Below, one piece after another: positions 1-7,475 of a stretch of DNA of 16,735 nucleotides. The stretch comes from Candidatus Jordarchaeales archaeon (GTDB lineage Archaea; Asgardarchaeota; Jordiarchaeia; Jordiarchaeales; Freyrarchaeaceae): assembly GCA_038858525.1 (NCBI GenBank), contig JAWCFL010000037.1, positions 1 through 16,735 on the forward strand, given 5' to 3'. Under the pieces are notes generated by a model. That model was not told the origin of the DNA and made no database searches. It saw only the letters and a list, made by a program, of their open reading frames with translations. Position numbers and translations under genes: made by a program. Numbering within the stretch: the first letter of the stretch is position 1; the number at the start of each line of letters is the position of its first letter.

Positions 1-161
1 CCCATCAAACGCTCAACTTCACTCTCAGGTATCCTCCTCCTACCACCAACAGTCCTAACAACTCTGATCTTCCCCTGCCTATCCCATTTCCTAAGCGTAT
101 TTGGATGAATGCCTAATCTCTCGCAGGCTTCGCTAAGCGTCAACAACCTCTCAATCATCAT
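1..161 (-). CDS. tnpA: IS607-family transposase TnpA (serine recombinase), N-terminal MerR-like HTH; runs off the window edge
   Basis: Not in the ORF track. Hand translation of 161->1: MMIERLLTLSEACERLGIHPNTLRKWDRQGKIRVVRTVGGRRRIPESEVERLMG. This matches the IS607 N-terminal HTH pattern (A..LGIH..TLR.W...GKI...RT.GG.RR). The catalytic domain lies outside the window. Confidence 0.85.
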   Translation of the reverse strand, partial: MMIERLLTLSEACERLGIHPNTLRKWDRQGKIRVVRTVGGRRRIPESEVERLM

Positions 162-183
162 ACAAATAAATGTTAAAAAGTGT

Positions 184-191
184 TATATAAA
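184..191 (-). promoter_or_regulatory. TATA box for tnpA (probably leaderless transcript)
   Basis: TTTATATA on the minus strand, about 23-26 bp upstream of the ATG codons at 161/158. Confidence 0.55.
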
Positions 192-264
192 GTTATCTAT
201 TCAGGAACTGATGCAAACCCAACTGTCTCTTGAATGATAAAAATATTAGGAAGAATTGTTTTTG

Positions 265-1800
265 CTACTCGGCTGTCTCGTCTATTACGCCGCCTCGCCG
301 TTTCCGCCATTCTTCGATGGGGATGCTGAACCGCTTTTCCACCGCTGGCCGGTGGAGGCTGTTATACGTGCAGAAAGGTATTACGCGGCCATCTGGCGTC
401 CCGTAGTTTATCACGCACCGCTCTACCCTTGCTAGGTCGAAGTTGTAGGGGTCTTGGAAGTGCATTGAACCTATAAGGATCACGCTTCTCATAAAGTCTC
501 CTAGAGAGCTGTAGTCGCCTGAGATTAGAACTTTTCTGAAGAGGTTGAAGAGTAACCCTCTTTTCTTGAAGTGGCGTAGCATTCCTGCGAGCAACCTGAT
601 CCTCCCCCTAGTTCTTGAGAGCGCGTTACCTCTGAAGTCCTCAGCGCACTTCTCGAAGGTCTCCATTATTCTGTCCACGTTGGCATAGTGCGTTATGGGG
701 TAGTACTCGCCGTCTCCTTCAACCCTGATGAATGTTGCCATTCCACAGTGTACGTGGTTTCCGAATTCGACGACTGGTCTGCCGAAGTAGGCGGACAGCG
801 CCCTAGAAAGTGGAGTCGGCGTAGTGCAGGGATAGAAGTCTGAAACCTTTATGCGTCCCCCGGTTTGCTCCTCGCACGCCTTCAAGACCTCTGGAATCGT
901 GATCCTCATTTCCAGCCTCTTCGATTCATCTATTCTCCCCGTGAAACTCACAGGCTGGAATATTATTCCTCTAACCACGTCGTAGTTGTCGACGGCGAAC
1001 CTTATTATGTCCCCGATCTGCCTGTCGTTCACCCCGCGAACAACTGTTGGAACCAAGACTATGGAGTGTAACCCCGCCTTCCGGCAGTTATCAATAGCTC
1101 TCAGCTTGACCGGAAGCAGATTCTTCCCTCTCGCCTCCAAGTATGGTTCCGGAGTTACCCCGTCAAACTGCAAGTAGACCGTGCTCAGACCTGCTTCAAC
1201 CAACTCACGGCAGTAGTCGACGCTTTGGGCAAGCTTCAACCCGTTGCTCGCTATTTCGACGTGAGCGAAACCAGTTTCTCTAGCCGCTCTGATGAGGTCT
1301 GGCAGGTCTTCTCTAACAGTAGGTTCTCCTCCAGCAAACTGAACTGCTGGTGCTGGGACGGGCGAGTTTCTCCTAAAGACTTCTAGCATGTAGCGGATCT
1401 GCTCTTGGCTTGGCTCATAGACATACCCCGTGACGGCCGCATTGGCGAAACATATGGGGCAGCGGAGGTTACACCTGTTCGTGACATCTATAAGAGCGAG
1501 GACGGTGTAAGTCTTATGATTAGTGCATAGCCCGCAGTCATATGGGCAGCCGTGCGAGGCTTCAACATGCGGGTTCTCGATTTTAACTCTACTGTAGTTC
1601 CATCTAGCTACCTTCTTGTAGAGTTCAGCGTCACCCCAGTAGACGTCGGTCACTTGTCCATGCTCGGGGCACGTCTTAGTGATCATAACTCTTCCATCAT
1701 CCTCATAGACTGTCGCGTCGATCACCCTTTTACACTCGGGACAAACGCTCCTAGTCTGGAAAGGAAGCTGAGGAAACTCTTCATGCTGAAGCTTCTGCAT
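265..1800 (-). CDS. tes: Radical SAM enzyme of the tetraether lipid synthase family (Tes / GDGT-MAS, MJ0619-like)
   Basis: N-terminal rubredoxin-like CPEC...CPEHG, auxiliary-cluster motif CPYDCGLCTNH, radical SAM motif CNLRCPIC and GGEPT, C-terminal MHFQDPYNFD..R..RC.I.Y...DGRVIPFCTYN. Start re-called to ATG at 1800 (the track TTG at 1812 overlaps the SD-like GGTGG). Confidence 0.85.
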   Translation of the reverse strand: MQKLQHEEFPQLPFQTRSVCPECKRVIDATVYEDDGRVMITKTCPEHGQVTDVYWGDAELYKKVARWNYSRVKIENPHVEASHGCPYDCGLCTNHKTYTVLALIDVTNRCNLRCPICFANAAVTGYVYEPSQEQIRYMLEVFRRNSPVPAPAVQFAGGEPTVREDLPDLIRAARETGFAHVEIASNGLKLAQSVDYCRELVEAGLSTVYLQFDGVTPEPYLEARGKNLLPVKLRAIDNCRKAGLHSIVLVPTVVRGVNDRQIGDIIRFAVDNYDVVRGIIFQPVSFTGRIDESKRLEMRITIPEVLKACEEQTGGRIKVSDFYPCTTPTPLSRALSAYFGRPVVEFGNHVHCGMATFIRVEGDGEYYPITHYANVDRIMETFEKCAEDFRGNALSRTRGRIRLLAGMLRHFKKRGLLFNLFRKVLISGDYSSLGDFMRSVILIGSMHFQDPYNFDLARVERCVINYGTPDGRVIPFCTYNSLHRPAVEKRFSIPIEEWRKRRGGVIDETAE

Positions 1801-1845
1801 TGCAACCACCAAAAGGGGTGTCTTTAATAGTCTTAGGTGAGCGTA

Positions 1846-1862
1846 TATTTAATGTTTTCCCG
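1846..1862 (-). promoter_or_regulatory. BRE/TATA promoter of tes
   Basis: Minus strand GGGAAAAC-ATTAAATA, about 46 bp upstream of the ATG at 1800. Confidence 0.5.
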
Positions 1863-2005
1863 ACGAATCATAATTGGAAAATTGGTAAAAACTACTGAAA
1901 AATCAGAGAACAACTTGCAGATTAAAGGCAATTTAAAAAAGATAATATGAATCCCAAAAAATACTTCGCTCCCCGTCTCGAGCAAACAATAGGAAAGTTT
2001 ATGTG

Positions 2006-3325
2006 TCACCTCTTCTTTTTCTTTTCCTTCCTTTCTTTCTCTTCTGCTTCTTCTTCCTTGCTTTCCTCCACTGGTCCTTCGGGTGGTATCCTTTCTTTCT
2101 GGTGTATGGACTTAGTGAATGTCCTTGCGAGTTCCCCGTACCAGCTTAGTAGTTTTCCTAGGTCTGAGGCTTTGAAGTAGACGCCGCCCGTGACCGAGGC
2201 GATATGTTGCATCAGAACTTCGTTTACTTCTCCTCCTATTCCAACAGTGTATATTACGACGTTGCTCATTCGTGCGATTTCCTTCTCCACTATGTTCCTG
2301 ACCGACTCCTCATTGTCTGTTCCTTGGGGGAAGCCGTCGCTCAGAAAGACTATCATGGTGTTAGTGTCCTTAAACTCGTTTCTGAGGAGGGTGAGCGCTT
2401 TCCTGAGTGCGTCAGAGAAGTTCGTGTATCCTCCTGTCGCATAAGCGACTTTCTTGATTATCACGTCCGCTACCTCCTCGATGTTGCCGCTGGCAGCGTC
2501 AAAGTAGTTTTTCTCGTTAAACTTCAGGATTTCCGCCTCGTCATGATACGTTATTATGGATACCCTCTCACCGTACCCTCTGCCGACCTTCTCGGCTAGA
2601 TAGAGAAGGGCTGCGAAGGCTGCCCCATGTCTGCGCCTCACCGCTTCTCCCTCTTCGAATCTTGCAAGGAAGCTGGCGACATCTTCCGAAGTAAGGAGAC
2701 TGACTATTCCCTCTCTGGCGGGAGCAATGTTTGTCACTTCCATGTCCTTGGTGCTCATGCTCCCAGAAATGTCTATTAGGAGAATGGCGTTGAATGGCAT
2801 TGCAGGCCCTATGGGGACTATTTCAGCCTTCTCCATTTCCGCCCAGTTCACTATAGCTAGCTCCCTGCCAGTCAAGTCAGGCTTCGTGGCTTCAATGGAT
2901 ATGTTCACGTTAAGGTCCTTCCAGCGTATCTTCATCTTCTTGAAAATAACGCGTCTATCTAGAAGCTTCTTAAGCTCGCTTCTTCTCTCCTGCGCCACCT
3001 TAAATACTTCTTCCGGCTTCTGGTCCCCCAGCGGCTCTATCCCTATGACGAGTTCCCTAACAGGATGAATTCTCCCCTTATACTTTTCAACTTTGACCGA
3101 GAAGCCCTCGTCTAAACCGCATGACTCTACAAGCGTCGAGTCTATGTGAATTTTCCCCTTATCAATCCTCTTATCCGTATAGACTGGGGCAGCGCCGAAG
3201 TTCCCTGTTGTCGGGTCCTCAAAGACAATTACAGTACCATCAAAAAGCCCCTGTGAGGACGCGTCATCCGGATTCAGAAAAGCTGCTCCTTCCCGCTCCC
3301 CTGCCTTGACTACCTCAAACTCCAT
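2006..3325 (-). CDS. Cdc48/VAT-type N-domain fused to a vWA (MIDAS) domain, with a charged C-terminal tail and no AAA module
   Basis: Residues ~1-150 follow the CDC48_N/CDC48_2 pattern (GAAFLNP...GLFDG..I...AA.V...KGKIHID...GL.EG..VKV, ...LL.RRV..., ..ATKP). Then vWA motifs LLIDISGSM (DxSxS), GGYTNFSDAL (T), IVFLSDG (D) and YTVGIG. Strong SD GAGGTGAGGT before the ATG. Confidence 0.8.
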   Translation of the reverse strand: MEFEVVKAGEREGAAFLNPDDASSQGLFDGTVIVFEDPTTGNFGAAPVYTDKRIDKGKIHIDSTLVESCGLDEGFSVKVEKYKGRIHPVRELVIGIEPLGDQKPEEVFKVAQERRSELKKLLDRRVIFKKMKIRWKDLNVNISIEATKPDLTGRELAIVNWAEMEKAEIVPIGPAMPFNAILLIDISGSMSTKDMEVTNIAPAREGIVSLLTSEDVASFLARFEEGEAVRRRHGAAFAALLYLAEKVGRGYGERVSIITYHDEAEILKFNEKNYFDAASGNIEEVADVIIKKVAYATGGYTNFSDALRKALTLLRNEFKDTNTMIVFLSDGFPQGTDNEESVRNIVEKEIARMSNVVIYTVGIGGEVNEVLMQHIASVTGGVYFKASDLGKLLSWYGELARTFTKSIHQKERIPPEGPVEESKEEEAEEKERKEKKKKR

Positions 3326-3377
3326 TACCTCACCTCAATAAAGATTGAGACTCATAAATCCCTTATTTGTTAAAGAG

Positions 3378-3395
3378 TATAATATAGCTTTTCTT
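3378..3395 (-). promoter_or_regulatory. BRE/TATA promoter of the vWA gene
   Basis: Minus strand AAGAAAAG-CTATATTATA upstream of 3325. Confidence 0.45.
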
Positions 3396-3443
3396 GTTCG
3401 GTGATTGATCCGAATTTTTCTCTGTTAGACGAATTTCTCTCTG

Positions 3444-4133
3444 TTAGAGGAGTGGCTTAAAGAGCCGTGTCACGGCTTCCACAAACCCGTCTCCATATGG
3501 CTCCTTAGTTACATAGTCAGCTACACTCTTGAGGGCTTCAGGCGCATTCTGGAGAGCTATACCGTAGCCACACGCCTCAAGGAGCTCGACGTCGTTCGCC
3601 CCGTCGCCTATGCCCACAGCGTCCTCGCCGCTTAACCCCAGCCTGTCGAGAACAACGTTCAACCCCACGGCTTTGCTGACGCCGGGGCCACAGATATGTA
3701 TAGCGTATCCTGAATCGAAAACACTAACGTTCACTCCTTCCCTCCTCAAAACCGACACGATTTCCTCAACGCTCACATCTCTCTTCAAAACAACATCGGT
3801 CAGCCGGAACGTTTGGTCAGCCTCCTGCAACCTGCCACCCAGCTTTTCCCTCAGCACCTTCAAAGCCCTCAAGGGGGCTTCCTTTGAAGCCAGAGTTTGG
3901 ATAGGCGGTTGCCAGAATGGCGAGCCCACCACGCCTCCATTCTCCGCTATGAATGGTCCCTTGGAGCCTATATAGAGGCTCAACGTCATAAGGGTGCATG
4001 CGGCATTCCCCGAGCAGAGGACAACAGGCACTTTACGGGACAGCTTGCGTATGAGTTCCACCGCTGGTAGATGCAGGGATGTATCCCTTCCCGTTATGGT
4101 TCCATCTACGTCTGTTACGAGGACCTTAAACAC
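3444..4133 (-). CDS. HAD-superfamily (Cof/SPP-like) phosphatase, archaeal phosphoglycolate phosphatase type
   Basis: Motif I TDVDGTIT, motif II CSGN, IAENGG, motif III/IV SKAVGL...IGDGANDVELL. GTG start. Confidence 0.85.
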   Translation of the reverse strand: MFKVLVTDVDGTITGRDTSLHLPAVELIRKLSRKVPVVLCSGNAACTLMTLSLYIGSKGPFIAENGGVVGSPFWQPPIQTLASKEAPLRALKVLREKLGGRLQEADQTFRLTDVVLKRDVSVEEIVSVLRREGVNVSVFDSGYAIHICGPGVSKAVGLNVVLDRLGLSGEDAVGIGDGANDVELLEACGYGIALQNAPEALKSVADYVTKEPYGDGFVEAVTRLFKPLL

Positions 4134-4144
4134 GAAGTAGCCCC

Positions 4145-5098
4145 CTATGGTTTAACAAGCACTTTTATCGCCTCGCCTCCCTCAGCGAGACCAAACGCAT
4201 CTAAACCTTTCTCCAATGGATACGTGCCAGATATCAACGGTTTAACATCTACTAGGCCCTGCGATAGCAGGCGAAGTGCTGGTTGAAACGGGCCGCACCT
4301 TGAACCTACAACTGAAATTTCATCCACAACGATGGAGGAGTAATCTATGTTGGCTACGCCGTGGTAAGTGCTCTTAGCAACTATTATTCCCGTCGGCTTC
4401 AAAAGCTGCTTTGCTAAGGCAACTCCCTCCTGTCGCCCGGTGCACTCCACAACGAGGTCTGCTTTCCTTTTAGGTGGATCAATGTAATTGGCTACCTCGA
4501 TATTAAAGTCCTCAGCCACACGCATCTTTTCAGGGTGCTTTCCTATGAGAACCGTTTCGCAACCGAGGAGTCGTATAACCTGCGAGGCGAGGAGGCCAAG
4601 TCTTCCGTCACCTAAAATGTACACGGTCCACTCCGGCTTAATGTGAACCTGCGACGTTATTTCGAGGCATGCGGCTAGTGGCTCCGTGAAAACCGCTTCC
4701 TCGTCTTCGACATTGTCGGGAACCCTGTAAAGGTTATCCTCAGGGGTTAAGACGAACTCCGCGAAGCAGCCGTCAACCCCAGAAATGCCAAGAACCTTCC
4801 TGTTCGGGCAGTGCTTCTCCAGCCTGCTCTTGCAGACATCGCAGCTCTTACATGGAATGTTGATCTCAGAAACCACCCTCTTACCTATAAGACTGGGGTC
4901 GTCTGCCTCCTCCACTACTCCGACGAACTCATGTCCTAATACGCCTCTAAAAGACATGTAGCCGCGCGTTATCTCTATATCCGTTCTGCATATACCCGCC
5001 AGTTTTACCCTGACGAGCGCCCAGCCGGGCTTAACATCACCTAATGGGTAATCCTCCAAGTAGCTTAACGCTTTACCATCGAAGAAGAGCGCTCTCAA
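4145..5098 (-). CDS. Zinc-dependent medium-chain alcohol dehydrogenase (MDR family), substrate unknown
   Basis: Catalytic Zn motifs GICRTD and GHEFVG, structural Zn motif CKSCDVC...HC, Rossmann GDGRLG. The TTG start overlaps the upstream TGA (TTGA). Confidence 0.9.
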   Translation of the reverse strand: MRALFFDGKALSYLEDYPLGDVKPGWALVRVKLAGICRTDIEITRGYMSFRGVLGHEFVGVVEEADDPSLIGKRVVSEINIPCKSCDVCKSRLEKHCPNRKVLGISGVDGCFAEFVLTPEDNLYRVPDNVEDEEAVFTEPLAACLEITSQVHIKPEWTVYILGDGRLGLLASQVIRLLGCETVLIGKHPEKMRVAEDFNIEVANYIDPPKRKADLVVECTGRQEGVALAKQLLKPTGIIVAKSTYHGVANIDYSSIVVDEISVVGSRCGPFQPALRLLSQGLVDVKPLISGTYPLEKGLDAFGLAEGGEAIKVLVKP

Positions 5099-5742
5099 AG
5101 GAAACCCCCAGCCTCACCTTCGCTCGTGAAAGATAAAGCGTAGCGGTAATTGGCTTCAATGTTCCTCATAGCGCCGCGGAGGACAACTTCTCCATGACCT
5201 GGAAGAAGGACATCAACACTAAGATTCAAGAGGCGGGCGAGAGAAGAGACAAGTGCCCTCAAGCTTCCTCCGGGAAGGTCGAACCGCCCTATTCCATAAG
5301 AGAAGACAGTATCCCCCGAAAAGAGGATCTTACGGTCTGCGTCGTAAAGACATATGGCGCCAGGCGAATGCCCGGGTGTATGAACGACTTTTAACTCACA
5401 CCCCTCCGCCCTCACGACGTCACCATCAGAGAGCAGTCTCCCAGGCTTAATCCCTCCAAGCTTTAGAAGGCGCACATCAGCCTCATGAATCATAACCTCC
5501 GGTTCCGAGACCTCAAGGAAATCTAGAACCCCACCCACATGGTCAGGGTGAGCATGAGTTATGATTATCCTGCCAACCCTCCGTGGGTCGATCCCTCTAC
5601 TTCTCATCTCCCTGAAAATGTACTTCTTCGCAGCATTAGGACCCCCAGCATCGACGAGTGTTAGCTCACTTTCACCAATCACGTAAACGTTAGAGGAAAA
5701 GAACCGTTCAGGTATAAGTTGAACGTTTCCGCAGACCTCCAT
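5095..5742 (-). CDS. Metallo-beta-lactamase-fold hydrolase (glyoxalase II-like)
   Basis: LVDAG, THAHPDHVGG (HxHxDH), HTPGHSPG, LFSGDT, LPGHG. Start re-called to ATG at 5742, which has SD GGTGAGGT; the track start is 5778. Confidence 0.88.
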   Translation of the reverse strand: MEVCGNVQLIPERFFSSNVYVIGESELTLVDAGGPNAAKKYIFREMRSRGIDPRRVGRIIITHAHPDHVGGVLDFLEVSEPEVMIHEADVRLLKLGGIKPGRLLSDGDVVRAEGCELKVVHTPGHSPGAICLYDADRKILFSGDTVFSYGIGRFDLPGGSLRALVSSLARLLNLSVDVLLPGHGEVVLRGAMRNIEANYRYALSFTSEGEAGGFL

Positions 5743-5796
5743 TACCTCACCATCCATAAATGTCAACCATTCAGGCATCAGTGTAACTTTGGAGAA

Positions 5797-5816
5797 ATAA
5801 ATTATTTTTCCGTTTT
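5797..5816 (-). promoter_or_regulatory. BRE/TATA promoter of the MBL-ADH-HAD run
   Basis: Minus strand AAAACGGAAA-AATAATTTAT. The same AAAACGGAAA precedes the pan TATA box. Confidence 0.45.
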
Positions 5817-6031
5817 CAGCTAGCGTTGATGATCCTTGCCCTTAAATGACCAAACGAAATCCCGTGAATGGAAAACATTATTTCTTTCCACGTGTTGCAT
5901 AATCCAATTTCTAATTGCGGCTTATTATTGTCATTAATACTCCATCAATGTTGCCTCCTCCATGTGCTCGAAGACTTTGCCAGTTTTAAGAGAGAAAACT
6001 AGTTTGATAAAGAGAGGGCGCTCCGAATCGC

Positions 6032-6601
6032 CTATATCGGTCCCTGGTATTCTGGGGTCGTCGGGCACCCTGGACAATCGTTTTTCTGGTAGTAGGTGCA
6101 TGAGGCGCATTTTGCTCCGCAAGGTGGCGAGTCTCTAAGCATTTTTTCTACTCTTATGGGGAGGTATGGCATATAGTGGACGTCATCTATAACTTGTAGT
6201 TCTGCCTCGATAACTCCGCTCTGTTTTTTCGTAGCGTCAAGCAACCCGTTGAGCGCTCCATTAGTTTCCCCGAAGATGAGCATGGAGGCCCTTGATACCT
6301 CGTTTTTCCGCGTGAACACCGCGATCACCTTGGGACAGTTCTCGAAACGGGTGATGAACTCCATAAAAGACTTTGAGTCAACGCTGACGTTAACAAAAGC
6401 CAACTGGACATTCAAAACTGACCTGTTAAGTGTCGCGGTCACGTTAACAATGCCTTTTTCCACAAGCTTAGCTACCCTCTTCTTAACACCCATGCTGGTG
6501 AACCCTATCGACTTGCCAAGGTCAACTAGCTTTGACCTTCCATTCTCTCGTAGTATGGCGATTATTTTTCTGTCGATATCATCTAGGACCTTCTCTTGCA
6601 A
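6032..6601 (-). CDS. Lrp/AsnC-family transcriptional regulator with a C-terminal Cys-rich extension
   Basis: LDDIDRKIIAILRENGR...GKSIGFTSMGVKKRVAKLVEKGIV is an AsnC wHTH, followed by a RAM-like beta/alpha domain and the tail CGAKCASCTYYQKNDCPGCP. TTG start with SD GAGGGAG. Confidence 0.85.
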   Translation of the reverse strand: MQEKVLDDIDRKIIAILRENGRSKLVDLGKSIGFTSMGVKKRVAKLVEKGIVNVTATLNRSVLNVQLAFVNVSVDSKSFMEFITRFENCPKVIAVFTRKNEVSRASMLIFGETNGALNGLLDATKKQSGVIEAELQVIDDVHYMPYLPIRVEKMLRDSPPCGAKCASCTYYQKNDCPGCPTTPEYQGPI

Positions 6602-6825
6602 GGTAGCTCCCTCTTAATTTATCCTGTTTTATTTATCGTTAATTGGGGACTGTAATGCTCCTCGAAGAACTCCACAAAGTTTATCAATTAAACGGTAACT
6701 TAATAACATTGCGCTTCCCTCCTTTCCTAAGGGATGTAGAGGGGGACTGGCGAATATCGATATCTATTGAGAAAATGGCAGATGTTAGTATTTTTCATCC
6801 TTCCTTTAAAGGAAGGAACTGATGA

Positions 6826-6841
6826 GTAAAGCTTTTTAATA
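6826..6841 (+). promoter_or_regulatory. BRE/TATA promoter of the tfe operon
   Basis: GTAAAGC-TTTTTAATA. Its position puts transcription start near 6865, downstream of the track ATG at 6846. Confidence 0.5.
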
Positions 6842-6899
6842 AGAAATGCCCCGTATATATTTTGGAGCACCTCCTTTGTTGCTGGAGGCGGTGGACAAC

Positions 6900-7475
6900 T
6901 TGTTGGCGTCCCAAAAAACCTGCGATGAAGAGCTTCTTGAAGTACTCGTTAAGGAGATCGGCGGAGAAAGCGCATATAATATAGTCAGAATTCTTCTGAA
7001 TAGCGATAAGGAGATAACAGATGAGGAAATTGCTAACAAGCTTAACATGCAGCTTAACGCTGTCAGAAAAGTTCTCTATAGGCTATACGAGGAAAGGCTT
7101 GCATCTTACAGGCGTACAAGGGACACGAACACTGGCTGGTTCATATACTACTGGAAAATAAGACCGGACAAGGTTCGAGAGGCAGTAATCAGAAGGAAGC
7201 GAGAAGTCTACTTGAGGCTTAGTGAAAGGCTCAAGTTTGAGAAGGAAAACATGTTGTTCTACTGCGGGAATCAAAATTGCCAGCGCTTAACTTTCGATGA
7301 GGCGATGGAGGCAGAGTTTAAATGTCCTAACTGCGGGGAAGAACTGAAATTCCAGGACAATAGTGAGAGCATTAGAGTCTTAGAAGAGAAGCTTCAAGAA
7401 CTTGAAGCCGACCTAAGGGAGCTCGAAGCGCGTTGCGAGGAATCCCAACTCGAAAGGAGTGTATTGAGATCCTAA
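6900..7475 (+). CDS. tfe: Transcription factor E (archaeal TFIIE-alpha homologue)
   Basis: wHTH with TDEEIANKL.MQLNAVRKVLYRLYE..LA.YRR.RD..TGWF.YYW, Zn ribbon FYC...C..LTFDEAME.EFKCPNCG. Start re-called to TTG at 6900/6903 with SD GGAGG/GGTGG; the track start is 6846. Confidence 0.95.
   Translation: MLASQKTCDEELLEVLVKEIGGESAYNIVRILLNSDKEITDEEIANKLNMQLNAVRKVLYRLYEERLASYRRTRDTNTGWFIYYWKIRPDKVREAVIRRKREVYLRLSERLKFEKENMLFYCGNQNCQRLTFDEAMEAEFKCPNCGEELKFQDNSESIRVLEEKLQELEADLRELEARCEESQLERSVLRS

Larger units (their letters stand above)
1..220 (-). mobile_element. Left end of an IS607-family insertion sequence (boundary approximate)
   Basis: tnpA start at 161/158. GTTA repeats are phased exactly 10 bp apart at 172, 182 and 192. 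A GG(G) on the minus strand at 218-220 is a candidate crossover dinucleotide, since IS607 elements recombine at GG. The boundary is inferred. Confidence 0.6.

Noticed and set aside
865-1827. Plus-strand ORFs 865-1071, 986-1177 and 1552-1827
   Set aside because: Antisense shadows of tes with no motifs or SD signals.
1947-4286. Plus-strand ORFs opposite the vWA, HAD and ADH genes, and the nested ORF 3817-3999
   Set aside because: Ser/Phe-rich antisense translations typical of shadow ORFs.
5826-5875. TGATGA as a possible C/D-box sRNA
   Set aside because: No CTGA D box at a suitable distance and no internal D'/C' boxes.
5194-6617. ORFs 5194-5394, 5253-5450, 5934-6122 and 6249-6617
   Set aside because: They overlap well-supported genes in another frame or strand and show no family features.
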